From: an uncultured virus (IMG/VR IMGVR_UViG_3300042898_003801)
Taxonomy: Duplodnaviria > Heunggongvirae > Uroviricota > Caudoviricetes
Strand: one strand, 5' to 3'
Virus record (IMG/VR): IMGVR_UViG_3300042898_003801
Location: 1-64,000 of that record
DNA length: 64,000 bases
Under the pieces are notes generated by a model. That model searched no databases, was not told the DNA's origin, and worked only from the letters and a program-made list of their open reading frames with translations. Position 1 is the first letter of the stretch, and each line of letters begins with the position of its first letter. A program made the translations under genes and the position numbers. Positions 1-9,284 of this stretch are shown here, one piece after another.

Positions 1-446
1 CCATTGGGCACCAAGTTGATATTGCCATTGGTATTGGTGGTTAGAACAGTGTTGTTGGCAATTTGGATATTGCTGTTCACTGGACCTGCAGCAAATATTT
101 GGTCAAAGTTTACATTAACTGCCGTAAAAGCCGTGATCAATGATTCACCTGGAGGTACAGTGTTGATGATCTGTTGACCACCCGAACTAAAAACCGCAGT
201 CATGTTGCCCGAAGCGTTGGAAACTGCGTATGTTGCACCACCTGGCAAACTGGATAGGGTTATTGTGCTTGTGGGATATCCTGGTATCACTGTGCCAATG
301 TAATAGGTGGCATTGGCCGTGATGCCACCAAACGTGTTGCCCGAAAACACAATGGGCAGACCCGAAAACATATTGTCCACGGAATTGACGGTTATGATAT
401 TTCCAACAGGATTGGCAGCAGTGGCGTAAATGGTATATTGTGTCAT
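1..446 (-). CDS. Virion structural/fibre-type protein, N-terminal part (runs off the left edge)
   Basis: My translation from ATG at 446: MTQYTIYATAANPVGNIITVNSVDNMFSGLPIVFSGNTFGG..., open to base 1; N/T/G-rich; TAAATA upstream on the minus strand (470-475). Not in the ORF track. Confidence 0.7.
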   Translation of the reverse strand, partial: MTQYTIYATAANPVGNIITVNSVDNMFSGLPIVFSGNTFGGITANATYYIGTVIPGYPTSTITLSSLPGGATYAVSNASGNMTAVFSSGGQQIINTVPPGESLITAFTAVNVNFDQIFAAGPVNSNIQIANNTVLTTNTNGNINLVPN

Positions 447-499
447 TGAAGTAAATCAACCTTTATTGTTATTTATGGTTAAACTTGGTTCTAAAACTG

Positions 500-528
500 T
501 TGCGTAGATTCTGCAATCGTGTTATACT
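500..528 (+). promoter_or_regulatory. sigma70-type promoter
   Basis: TTGCGT-17nt-TATACT with TG extension; AAGGAA RBS before ATG 584. Confidence 0.6.
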
Positions 529-583
529 AGCATCATACTGTTAGTTAACAGTTATTTTAAATTTAAAAAGGAAAACTTAAATT

Positions 584-856
584 ATGATCACTCGTTTTAG
601 TCCAAAAACAAAAACCTACAAACTGTTCACAGCATTGCACAGTGGCGAAACTGTTACTCCTGCCCAGGCTGAGAAACGTTTTGGTATCAAGAACATTTCT
701 GCCGAAGCCAGCAGAATCCGTTCCGCTGGATTTGCAGTGTATTGCAACACCCGTAAAGCTGGCAACGGTGTAATGGTATCAGAATACGCCATTGGCAAAC
801 CTTCACGCAAGGTTGTGGCTGCTGGTTACCGAGCATTGGCCATGGGCCTGGTGTAA
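584..856 (+). CDS. Small winged-helix/HTH-like DNA-binding protein
   Basis: 90 aa, basic; GETVTPAQAEKRFGIKNISAEASRIR resembles an HTH; strong RBS. Confidence 0.65.
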   Translation: MITRFSPKTKTYKLFTALHSGETVTPAQAEKRFGIKNISAEASRIRSAGFAVYCNTRKAGNGVMVSEYAIGKPSRKVVAAGYRALAMGLV

Positions 857-881
857 TTCTTAGTTTAGGCTAGGAAGTTGT

Positions 882-910
882 AAAAACCCTGCATTATGTA
901 GGGTTTTTTA
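882..910 (+). terminator. Rho-independent terminator
   Basis: AAAAACCCT-gcattatgt-AGGGTTTTTT. Confidence 0.75.
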
Positions 911-939
911 TTGACCTAAAAATCACAACAGTGTAAAAT
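911..939 (+). promoter_or_regulatory. sigma70-type promoter
   Basis: TTGACC-17nt-TAAAAT. Confidence 0.7.
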
Positions 940-964
940 ATAGTTTTAGCCAAGTTTAATAACC

Positions 965-1426
965 ATGTCAAATTTCTTACTGCGTTGGTTGGAACGTCAT
1001 GACCGTAAACGTATCATAATGGATCGAGTCAATGACGCACCTTATTTAGAACGTTATTATGTTTTTTTAAAAGATCGTGCACGTTTTCCATTCAATGTGT
1101 TTTTACATCGATTCTTAAAAAGCGACCCAGATGATGTGCATGATCATCCGTGGCCGTATTTTACTCTCATTCTAAAAGGTGGCTACACCGAATGGATCCC
1201 GCATTTTAACATGCACGGTCAAAAAGTCATGGAAGTTGCAGTATGGCGCGGTCCTGGGCATTTTAGATTTAGCCGTGCAACCAGTTATCATCGTATTGAA
1301 ATAGATCCAACAGTTGACACATGGACACTGTTTGTTCCTGGCCCAAAACAACGAGACTGGGGCTTTTTGACTCGCACCGGATGGATAGAAAGCGAGCAGT
1401 ATCTTGCTCAACGGGCTCAACAATGA
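965..1426 (+). CDS. Cupin-fold protein
   Basis: HDHPW...GGYTE...HRIE...WTLF cupin-like metal motif. Confidence 0.65.
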   Translation: MSNFLLRWLERHDRKRIIMDRVNDAPYLERYYVFLKDRARFPFNVFLHRFLKSDPDDVHDHPWPYFTLILKGGYTEWIPHFNMHGQKVMEVAVWRGPGHFRFSRATSYHRIEIDPTVDTWTLFVPGPKQRDWGFLTRTGWIESEQYLAQRAQQ

Positions 1427-1581
1427 TTTACTTAAATATTGCCATAGTGATGCTGACCGGGTACTGGTTAGTGACCTTTGATTACACAGAACGCCGGATC
1501 ACTTATATTTTTGATGGTATAATTTTTAGTTGGAATTTGGCAGAAATTTTGTTGTACGTAAATAAACTATTGGGGGAATAA
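1423..1581 (+). CDS. Small membrane protein
   Basis: ATGA overlap with upstream stop; hydrophobic, 52 aa. Confidence 0.5.
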   Translation: MIYLNIAIVMLTGYWLVTFDYTERRITYIFDGIIFSWNLAEILLYVNKLLGE

Positions 1582-1582
1582 G

Positions 1583-1942
1583 ATGGACATCAACATTGGT
1601 GATATTGTGATCGGTATGGTATTCGGTATTGTGTTATCCATAATGACATTTAACTGGATAATGAACAGAATTGGTGCACAAATTGCTGCCGAACTAGAGC
1701 AGGCACTGCCTGACAACATAGGTGTCACTGTTGAGGTTGACCAAAATGTAATTTACTGCTATAATAGCGAAACAAATCAATTTCTCTGTCAAGGGCAAAC
1801 ACTGAAAGAAATACAGGAAGCATTCCAATCAAGATTTCCCAACATCAGTGCTTATATTGTTGGCGGAGATCCTGCAGTTGTGGCACAGTGGAAAAAAGAA
1901 ATAAAAAATGAAATTAGCAATCACATCAGATCTACATCTTGA
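1583..1942 (+). CDS. Hypothetical protein with N-terminal TM helix
   Basis: ORF with GGGGA RBS; hydrophobic N-terminus. Confidence 0.6.
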   Translation: MDINIGDIVIGMVFGIVLSIMTFNWIMNRIGAQIAAELEQALPDNIGVTVEVDQNVIYCYNSETNQFLCQGQTLKEIQEAFQSRFPNISAYIVGGDPAVVAQWKKEIKNEISNHIRSTS

Positions 1943-2705
1943 ATTCAGCGACATTGTTCTTGAGAACAATGAGTCAGCTGATGTGTTGATTCTTGGCGGT
2001 GATATCTATGTGGCAGACTCACTGACATCTGCAGTGACAGACTTTTTTCAGCGTGTGAGTTTTCGATTCCCTGAAACTATCTACGTCATGGGAAACCACG
2101 AACACTATCATGGAGACTATGCCAAAAGTGCTGAGCGTATTCAAAACATGTTGGATTCGTTGAACATCCGCAATGTACATTTATTGGATCGTAGCACATT
2201 AAAACTTGGTGATATCACATTCATTGGTGGCACACTATGGACTGATTTTAACCAGCGTGACCCATTGACCTTGCACGCCGCAGGCTCAATGATGAGTGAT
2301 TTTCGCGGTGTTCGAAACACCAATGATCATGTAAGTTGGAAGTTTTTGCCTGTGCATGCTTTACAAGAGCACACAGACATGATCAACTATATAAAACTAG
2401 TGCTAGATAATCGTCGGGCCAACAACATACATGATCCAAATGTTGTGGTAGTAGGTCATCATGCTCCGAGTTTTCAAAGTATCGCAGAGCAGTACCAGGG
2501 TGACAAAGTGATGAATGGATGTTTTGCAAGTGATCTAAGCAAGCTGATTCTGAACTATCCAGAGATTGTGCTTTGGACTCACGGGCACATGCATGATGAG
2601 TTTGACTATGAAATTGGCACCACACGAGTGGTCTGCAACCCAAGAGGCTATCATGGATATGAAACCCGAGCCAACAATTTTGTCATCAAATATGTTGATG
2701 TCTAA
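1908..2705 (+). CDS. Calcineurin-like metallophosphoesterase
   Basis: SDLH, GGD, GNHE, HH and HGHMH motifs. Confidence 0.9.
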   Translation: MKLAITSDLHLEFSDIVLENNESADVLILGGDIYVADSLTSAVTDFFQRVSFRFPETIYVMGNHEHYHGDYAKSAERIQNMLDSLNIRNVHLLDRSTLKLGDITFIGGTLWTDFNQRDPLTLHAAGSMMSDFRGVRNTNDHVSWKFLPVHALQEHTDMINYIKLVLDNRRANNIHDPNVVVVGHHAPSFQSIAEQYQGDKVMNGCFASDLSKLILNYPEIVLWTHGHMHDEFDYEIGTTRVVCNPRGYHGYETRANNFVIKYVDV

Positions 2706-2716
2706 TTGTACTCACA

Positions 2717-3019
2717 GTGAAATTGATAAATGGATTGAATTTGCCGAGCATGAGATTTAGTTTTCAAGAGTGTCCAAGTTGGTTTACTAACTATGTAGTA
2801 GATGAATTTTTAGATGAGTTTCATTCTGGTGCTCATGCTACAAATGCAGTAAGTGATTCATTGAATGATTCTACACAGAGAGACAAGTTATTGGATTATG
2901 CAGTAGAATTTTTTACTGCCAAAGGGATTTGTGTTAAAAAGCAAGATCGTCAAATTTGGTTTGACATAGATGAAAATGATCCAAAATATTTTTGGCTTAT
3001 ATTAAAATGGAGTGAATGA
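2717..3019 (+). CDS. Hypothetical protein
   Basis: ORF in operon, overlaps next start. Confidence 0.5.
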   Translation: MKLINGLNLPSMRFSFQECPSWFTNYVVDEFLDEFHSGAHATNAVSDSLNDSTQRDKLLDYAVEFFTAKGICVKKQDRQIWFDIDENDPKYFWLILKWSE

Positions 3020-3279
3020 TGAGCAAACGAATTTATGAACTTGCTGAGCAAGCCGGAGCCTATTGCGAATCACTCAGAGGTGGCGATTATAAACCGCCAG
3101 TACTGGATGGCATGAACTTGGAAAAGTTTGCTGAGTTATTGATTCAGGAGTGTGCTGACTTTGCGTACCAGCAATCGATCTACTGTAAAGGTGTTCCATG
3201 GAATCAAGTTATTAAACAACATTTTAACATGGAAATAACAGACGCTGATCGAGCACCGTATTTTAGGACAACCACATGA
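3016..3279 (+). CDS. Hypothetical protein
   Basis: ATGA-coupled ORF; LAEQAG...KFAELLIQEC phage-type motif. Confidence 0.6.
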   Translation: MMSKRIYELAEQAGAYCESLRGGDYKPPVLDGMNLEKFAELLIQECADFAYQQSIYCKGVPWNQVIKQHFNMEITDADRAPYFRTTT

Positions 3280-3953
3280 AAATTTACAAAAGCAACTACC
3301 GATATCATTGGGTCAGTCCATATACCATTCTAAAAGCAGTTTGCTTTTGGGAAAAGGACGATGATGTTTTTTACAATCACGAAGATACGCCCGGCCACAA
3401 ATACGACAAATGGGTGGCCCGTTTAGAACCCATTTGCAAGGCCTGGATGAAGTTTTTAGACTTTGTTCATCCCAAGATCAACTATGTAAAAATTGACAGA
3501 TACGATACCTGGAGCATGGATCATACCCTGGCTGACATAATCTTGCCCATGCTCAAACAGTTGAAGACAACCAAGCATGGCTCTCCCAGTGTGGATGACC
3601 AGGATGTGCCTGAAGGACTAGGATTGAGAAGCACAGAAGCCGGACCCAAGGAAAACGAGTGGGACACCGACGATAACTGGTTCAAGCGTTGGGATTGGGT
3701 GTTGGATGAAATGATCTTTGCGTTTGAACACAAGGTCGACGATTCCTGGCAAGATGCTTTTCGCTCAGGCGAATTTGATCACAAAACAGTTGCCTGCGAA
3801 TGGGACAAAAATGGCAAAGCCACCATGTACCACTGGGAAGATGGTCCAAATCACACATACAAATGTGACTACGAAGGCATGAAAAAAGTAGAGGAACGTA
3901 TGCAAAACGGATTTGCATTGTTTGGCAAGTATTATCAAAATCTCTGGGACTGA
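3276..3953 (+). CDS. Hypothetical phage protein
   Basis: 225 aa, coupled at both ends; DTWSMDHTLA and FGKYYQNLWD motifs. Confidence 0.7.
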   Translation: MKIYKSNYRYHWVSPYTILKAVCFWEKDDDVFYNHEDTPGHKYDKWVARLEPICKAWMKFLDFVHPKINYVKIDRYDTWSMDHTLADIILPMLKQLKTTKHGSPSVDDQDVPEGLGLRSTEAGPKENEWDTDDNWFKRWDWVLDEMIFAFEHKVDDSWQDAFRSGEFDHKTVACEWDKNGKATMYHWEDGPNHTYKCDYEGMKKVEERMQNGFALFGKYYQNLWD

Positions 3954-4423
3954 TGGAAGAAAATAACTCAGCCAAAGGCCGTGCCAGTTTTGATATAACT
4001 ACAGGCAACACTTTGGTTAATTTTATTAACCGAAACGTCACACCATATCCTACCGAAGCTGGTGGTCCTAAATTTGATCTGATTCCTATAGAGAAACAGA
4101 AAGACATAATGATCAATCATGCTAGGATGTATGCCCAGCAAGAGTATGATAGAATTATGGAATTGGTTACAGTATTACAGAAACAAGCAGAAGACATCAA
4201 ACGCAGACTTGATGTCACTGACATGGTTTATGCAGCAGAATATCAATTTCAAATTGTTATGGGCCAGTATTATTGGTTAGCGTTTGACACAAGAAAGCAA
4301 AAAATGATTTTATCACTTCACGGTCCAACTGAATGGAGCACAGGTAAACCAGAAAACTATGACTACATAACACAAGTCAAGTACATGGGCGACCATACCT
4401 GGATGGAAATTCAACATGACTGA
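3953..4423 (+). CDS. Hypothetical protein (DUF2452-like)
   Basis: Coiled coil followed by YWL...LSLHGPTEW...DHTW. Confidence 0.55.
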   Translation: MEENNSAKGRASFDITTGNTLVNFINRNVTPYPTEAGGPKFDLIPIEKQKDIMINHARMYAQQEYDRIMELVTVLQKQAEDIKRRLDVTDMVYAAEYQFQIVMGQYYWLAFDTRKQKMILSLHGPTEWSTGKPENYDYITQVKYMGDHTWMEIQHD

Positions 4424-4685
4424 ACCGCAAAGTTCTGCAGTTTTTGCATCACATGTGAAACAATTACTAGCAGACACAGATCACAAAAAAGATCTTTGTG
4501 TTTACAAAAAAATTCCATTGATCGAATACACGGCATGGAAACAACAGTTTTCTTGGGATGCACTGTACGGTCTACGTTATGCTCAAAGTTTTTGCAATCA
4601 TTTTAACATAACAGACAACATACTGTACCACGACACAAACATTGATCGAGCAGATAAGTATATAAAGGAACAGTATCTTGAATAA
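4416..4685 (+). CDS. Hypothetical protein
   Basis: Overlapping ORF in operon. Confidence 0.55.
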   Translation: MTEPQSSAVFASHVKQLLADTDHKKDLCVYKKIPLIEYTAWKQQFSWDALYGLRYAQSFCNHFNITDNILYHDTNIDRADKYIKEQYLE

Positions 4686-5112
4686 ACGTCTTTATTTTGC
4701 GTATGGTGCCAATATGAATCGTGCGGTCATGCGCCGCCGATGCCCTACCGCTCAGCCGATCAAAGCCATGATGTTACAAAACTGGCAATTGGAATTCTAC
4801 AGCCATGCCACCATAATTCCGGTCAACGGTGCACAATGTGCCGGTGTACTGTGGTCGTTGACACCGCAGGACGAAGATGAACTGGATCATTTTGAAGGAT
4901 TTCCGCATTATTATTCAAAACGTGATTGGCGTCAAAATGGTAGTGATTTTTTCTTTTATGAAATGAACGGTCCACTGGGCGGTTATCCTGGCGAACGTTA
5001 CGTAAATGATATTGGCTTATCTTATACTCAGTGGCGCTTGCCCGAAAAATTATTTGATGCGGCCATTGATCGAGTGTACACCAGATATGATCAAGAATAT
5101 CCTGCCACCTAA
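4678..5112 (+). CDS. Gamma-glutamylcyclotransferase (AIG2-like) family protein
   Basis: YFAYGANM and GVLW...LDHFEG motifs. Confidence 0.85.
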   Translation: MNKRLYFAYGANMNRAVMRRRCPTAQPIKAMMLQNWQLEFYSHATIIPVNGAQCAGVLWSLTPQDEDELDHFEGFPHYYSKRDWRQNGSDFFFYEMNGPLGGYPGERYVNDIGLSYTQWRLPEKLFDAAIDRVYTRYDQEYPAT

Positions 5113-5114
5113 TC

Positions 5115-5351
5115 ATGCTATTAGATCCTCCGGTTAGTTATCTCCGAGAAGCAGTGAGTTTTAGTCATGCCTGCGAAATCACCAAACCATTTGGAGAAAT
5201 TGAATATATTTTAGCTTGGTGCAAATTAGGAATGGACGATGAATGGCGTTGGCAATTGATAGAAACCAGTTCTGACCGCACTCCGGGAAAATATATCTTT
5301 TATTTTGATTCAGAACGGGATTACCTGGCATTTGTAATGCGGTGGCACTGA
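5115..5351 (+). CDS. Hypothetical protein
   Basis: 78 aa, WC...FYFDSERDYLAFVMRW. Confidence 0.6.
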   Translation: MLLDPPVSYLREAVSFSHACEITKPFGEIEYILAWCKLGMDDEWRWQLIETSSDRTPGKYIFYFDSERDYLAFVMRWH

Positions 5352-5352
5352 G

Positions 5353-5381
5353 TTGACACCAATTCAAATGTGTGCTATAAT
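5353..5381 (+). promoter_or_regulatory. sigma70-type promoter (consensus)
   Basis: TTGACA-17nt-TATAAT with TG extension. Confidence 0.85.
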
Positions 5382-5410
5382 TTAACTGTTATAAACTCTT
5401 TGGATAAACC

Positions 5411-5656
5411 ATGATGAGCCTTTTGAACTTGACACTACGCCCTACTGTAATATTTGATGTAACAAATGTTGAACATAGAAAAACTGTTGAACAATTTTTT
5501 CGTACTGGCACCTGGCGGCGTACTGATGTAATTTTTTTGTTGGAAACTCCCTACTATGATTTACCGGCAATGGTTACTGCTAAACTTACAGATTATTATC
5601 TTCAATGTGAATTTGCCCCGTCAAAAGACAAGAAAAAACAAATTCAGGTGTTATGA
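5411..5656 (+). CDS. Hypothetical protein
   Basis: ORF downstream of promoter. Confidence 0.6.
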   Translation: MMSLLNLTLRPTVIFDVTNVEHRKTVEQFFRTGTWRRTDVIFLLETPYYDLPAMVTAKLTDYYLQCEFAPSKDKKKQIQVL

Positions 5657-5985
5657 CCCATACTTTTATAGCCATGTGGGACTGCAATGGTCTTGAATAC
5701 CTCGATGACGTCACTGCAGATGAACAACGAGTCATGTGGGAACGACTACAAGGCAAGTCCAGCCCAAGACATGCACTTGCTAACCCATTCCATCTCAGAC
5801 TCAGGGCACAGGCAAACCCTCAGCGCAACTACGAGATTTACTTGTTTTCTGTTGATGATGGAATAACCAAACAGGATCTAGTGGAAGCATTTGATACAAA
5901 TCCCCAATACATAGTGGATCATATACGCAAAAATGGCGAATGTTTTTACAGTGACCGCAACACCAACAAAAGAGTGATTGCCTAG
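5653..5985 (+). CDS. Hypothetical protein
   Basis: WDCNGLE...RAQANPQRNYEIY; ATGA coupling. Confidence 0.65.
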   Translation: MTHTFIAMWDCNGLEYLDDVTADEQRVMWERLQGKSSPRHALANPFHLRLRAQANPQRNYEIYLFSVDDGITKQDLVEAFDTNPQYIVDHIRKNGECFYSDRNTNKRVIA

Positions 5986-5986
5986 G

Positions 5987-6015
5987 TTGACAACTGCTTT
6001 GTTTTTTAGTACAAT
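5987..6015 (+). promoter_or_regulatory. sigma70-type promoter
   Basis: TTGACA-17nt-TACAAT. Confidence 0.75.
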
Positions 6016-6085
6016 TACAACTGTTTGATAGAGTGGCTTCGTGCTGTTTTAAAAAACAATTTTATTAATTTTAAAGGAAATTCAA

Positions 6086-7276
6086 ATGACAACAACTGTC
6101 AATGCTATCACTTTGCCTCGTACTGTGAACAGAGGTGCCAATCCGTTTGCACCCATTGTGCTACAACAAAATCGTCGACTTACTCCTAACCAGGCTCGGG
6201 CCATTTATGTGCCGCTGACTCAAAGAGCCGCAAAGGCCAATGCCAATACCAAGGTTCAAAAAGCCGTTGCAGATTTAAAAGCTCGTCTTGCTGGACAAAC
6301 ATATACACAGGAGCATTTTGGTGAACTCCTGCTGGTACCAGCCAGTGAAATTGACATCAATGTTGAGATCCAACGTGATGAGGAAGCCGACCATCAAGCA
6401 GACATTCTTGAACGTTTTGATCCACGCATTATCATGCCTGTGATGTGCACCAAATTGGCCAATGGTAGATACAGTGCCTGGGAAGGCCAGCAAAGTTCTT
6501 GTATCATATTCCACTTGATGCAGGCTGGATTGGTCAGCCCAGACCATTTGATCCAGATCAAATCTTTTGATGAAGACATGGCAGTTCCTGGCAGTGATCT
6601 CAAAGGCGAAGCAGTAGGCAACTATGGATTCCGACAGATCAATGGTGGCATGCGCAAACCCATTGATGCATTTCACCTGCATCGCAGTCGTGTAAACGGT
6701 GTTAGACTGTACAATTCAGAATTTACTGAAGATGTGCAAAGTGAAGAAATCCAGCAGATACTTGAAAACAACAGTATGTTTCCGGCCAAGGCCAGTGCAG
6801 CTCAAAGCAATCAGGCCACACCGGGCATGGTCACATACCTGCATGGTTGTAACTTGATTGCTGGACACGGCACAGAACAAAAAGTGTTTGATTTGGCCAA
6901 GCAAGATTTGGACTGGGCACTAGCCTGGCACAATCGCTATTACCCAAACGAAAAAGGTGTAGATGGCGGTTTTATTTTGGCATTTGGTCGACTGCATCAT
7001 GCGGCTCGTGTCAACAAACCTGCAGTCAAACTGGATGCAGCAATGGAAAATGATCTGTTCAACATGTTCAAAACACTGTATGGTTCACCCAAGGCCTTTC
7101 ATAAAGATTGTAAACAACGTCTGGAGTCATTTCAGTATGCCAACAATCTAAACAAATCCTGGAGTGACAGTTGTCTCACTCCAATTTTGGTGCTGGACTA
7201 TCTTGATGCCAAAAAGTATGCTGGCAAATTGAACATGCCTGTGGTACCTGGTATGAATCTGTATGCAGGAATCTAA
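6086..7276 (+). CDS. ParB/Srx-like (DGQHR/DUF6551-like) domain protein
   Basis: IDINVEIQRD...FDP...YSAWEGQQ resembles the QR...DGQH pattern; strong RBS. Confidence 0.55.
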   Translation: MTTTVNAITLPRTVNRGANPFAPIVLQQNRRLTPNQARAIYVPLTQRAAKANANTKVQKAVADLKARLAGQTYTQEHFGELLLVPASEIDINVEIQRDEEADHQADILERFDPRIIMPVMCTKLANGRYSAWEGQQSSCIIFHLMQAGLVSPDHLIQIKSFDEDMAVPGSDLKGEAVGNYGFRQINGGMRKPIDAFHLHRSRVNGVRLYNSEFTEDVQSEEIQQILENNSMFPAKASAAQSNQATPGMVTYLHGCNLIAGHGTEQKVFDLAKQDLDWALAWHNRYYPNEKGVDGGFILAFGRLHHAARVNKPAVKLDAAMENDLFNMFKTLYGSPKAFHKDCKQRLESFQYANNLNKSWSDSCLTPILVLDYLDAKKYAGKLNMPVVPGMNLYAGI

Positions 7277-7625
7277 ACCTTATTACTTTTATCTGTGGCG
7301 CCATCGTTTTGTTGATGATGCTACAGATAACATCCTAACCAGGACTTGTTTTGGCATCACTGGCAACCCAACAGGCCGTACACAAGGCTACGAAGGTCAT
7401 GTTGGGCACACAGTAAAATTCACAGGTTTATGGACAGGTCCAGAACGGCTTGTACGTGAACTAGAAAACAGAATCAAATCTGATTTTTATCAACACATTG
7501 TAACAGGCACTAATGGATTTAGATACGAGTGGATCAACGAAAACATTGACCATCAAGCGGTACACGGATGGGTAGAATGGGAAATAGAAAATACATTCAT
7601 TGGAATAGAACGTGTCACTGATTGA
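7263..7625 (+). CDS. Divergent GIY-YIG/T5orf172-like protein
   Basis: YFYL...FGIT.N..GR..GY...LE..IK...EWI pattern. Confidence 0.5.
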   Translation: MQESKPYYFYLWRHRFVDDATDNILTRTCFGITGNPTGRTQGYEGHVGHTVKFTGLWTGPERLVRELENRIKSDFYQHIVTGTNGFRYEWINENIDHQAVHGWVEWEIENTFIGIERVTD

Positions 7626-8766
7626 AACCTATTACAATAACATCTGTGCAGAGTGGGGAGTGATCCCCACTTCTGACGAATACACTGGTTACGAATCTGT
7701 AGATAGTCAACTCCGAGTGTTGAGCAAACAGGCATGGACTGCTGCAGACGATGCCGGCAAAGAAGCCATACAAGAAGCGGCATTTCAAATATATAGATCA
7801 GTTGGCATTGTTCCTATAACTTATTACAGTTTAGAAGGATGTCGTCAACAGATTCATGCAGTGGCTGCGGCAAAAAAATCGGTTAAAAATAGCACTTTGG
7901 CCATTGGCGGTTCAGCAGGATCAGCATTTGGCCGTTTTTGGTTTCCCAACATGCAGGATGCCAAATGGAACAACAATGACACTGTGAGTATTCGGTCACG
8001 GTTCAATCATGACAACAAACTCAGACGTGCCATTAAGATCTGTTACAAGTTCCGTGACAATGGAGATCAAGCAGTTCATCCTCGGAGTCTTAGAACCGCA
8101 CTGGAATTGGTCAACGGCGGTACCATACAGAATTTCAAGCCAATGAATGCTCAGGCCATATGGGAATACATTTGTCCGGTGTTTCGCGGGCAAGTGTTGG
8201 ATTTTAGCTCAGGCTACGGTGGCCGCATGCTGGGAGCATTGACCAGTAATCTACGCTATCATTATTCGGGTATAGATCCCAACACTCGCACCTATCAAGG
8301 TCTCGTGGCACTGGGCGAATTGATCACTGATTGTGGAATGGGTGCCGGATATGAAATGCACAACTGCGGCAGTGAAGAACTGGAGTCAGCACCTGACGCA
8401 TACGATGCAGCATTTTCAAGTCCGCCTTATTTCAATCTGGAAACCTACTGCGATGAACCCACTCAGTGCATGAATCGCTATCGTAACCTTGATGCTTGGT
8501 TTGAATCTTATGTTGTGCCCACATTGCAAATGATACATCGCAGCTTGTGTTCAGATGGCATATATGCAGTAAACATAGCAGATTATAAAAATGGCAAAGA
8601 GCAGTTTGAAATTGTGGATCGATGGAAAGAAATAAGCAAGCAGGTCGGTTTTGAATACCAAGAAACTGTGAACATGTTATTGACCACACGACCCGGAGTA
8701 GGAAATAACAGAGCTGAGCAGGCTACAAAATCTGAAGGCATTTATATTTTTACCAAAAAACAATAG
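7612..8766 (+). CDS. Amino (N4-C/N6-A) DNA methyltransferase
   Basis: Motif I LDFSSGYGGR, GIDPN, motif IV FSSPPYF. Confidence 0.85.
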   Translation: MSLIETYYNNICAEWGVIPTSDEYTGYESVDSQLRVLSKQAWTAADDAGKEAIQEAAFQIYRSVGIVPITYYSLEGCRQQIHAVAAAKKSVKNSTLAIGGSAGSAFGRFWFPNMQDAKWNNNDTVSIRSRFNHDNKLRRAIKICYKFRDNGDQAVHPRSLRTALELVNGGTIQNFKPMNAQAIWEYICPVFRGQVLDFSSGYGGRMLGALTSNLRYHYSGIDPNTRTYQGLVALGELITDCGMGAGYEMHNCGSEELESAPDAYDAAFSSPPYFNLETYCDEPTQCMNRYRNLDAWFESYVVPTLQMIHRSLCSDGIYAVNIADYKNGKEQFEIVDRWKEISKQVGFEYQETVNMLLTTRPGVGNNRAEQATKSEGIYIFTKKQ

Positions 8767-8847
8767 TTTGTCAACTAAATGTGTTGCCCAGGCGTTGTAT
8801 ATATGTAGGGATAGAAATTTCTACATTAACCAAAAAGGAAACTTATC

Positions 8848-9069
8848 ATGAAATTAGTCGCAACTTTGATCGCTTCAGCATTTGCTGTCTCTGCTTTTGC
8901 CGCAGAACCTGCCAAGAAAGAAGAAAAGAAAGCTGATGCCAAGCCTGCTGCCACAGCACCTGCTAAACCAGCTGCCGCACCTGCACCAGCAACGCCTGCC
9001 AAAAGTGAGCCTGCTAAGAAGGACGCACCTAAAGCAGACGCCAAGGCAGCTGCACCGGCATCCAAATAA
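8848..9069 (+). CDS. Small exported Ala/Lys/Pro-rich protein
   Basis: Signal peptide MKLVATLIASAFAVSAFA; PAK repeats; AAGGAA RBS. Confidence 0.75.
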   Translation: MKLVATLIASAFAVSAFAAEPAKKEEKKADAKPAATAPAKPAAAPAPATPAKSEPAKKDAPKADAKAAAPASK

Positions 9070-9250
9070 TCTAGATGACAATGATGACTTCATAATAGAC
9101 GATGAAGTCACATTTGGACGTAATCGCAGGAGTTTAGAGTTTGGAAAAGTAGTACACGATGATGAAGAACTTTCTGATTATGTCCAAGATAGATTAGCAT
9201 TGGCAAGATCCTTGGCAATGCAAGCATACAAAAAAGCCCACGCTACGTAA
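8882..9250 (+). CDS. Overlapping +1-frame ORF with protein-like C-terminal ~60 aa (start uncertain)
   Basis: DDEVTFGRNRR...LSDYVQDRLALARSLAMQAY fills the gap to the terminator; no in-frame ATG after 9069 until near the end. Confidence 0.45.
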   Translation: MLSLLLPQNLPRKKKRKLMPSLLPQHLLNQLPHLHQQRLPKVSLLRRTHLKQTPRQLHRHPNNLDDNDDFIIDDEVTFGRNRRSLEFGKVVHDDEELSDYVQDRLALARSLAMQAYKKAHAT

Positions 9251-9267
9251 AAGTGCCTGGGCTTTTT
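9231..9267 (+). terminator. Rho-independent terminator
   Basis: AAAAAGCCCA...TGGGCTTTTT inverted repeat. Confidence 0.65.
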
Positions 9268-9284
9268 ATTTGAATATATACACT

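Noticed and set aside
187..459. 90-aa minus-strand ORF in the track
   Set aside because: Wrong frame; the frame starting at ATG 446 is open to the window edge and reads as a structural protein
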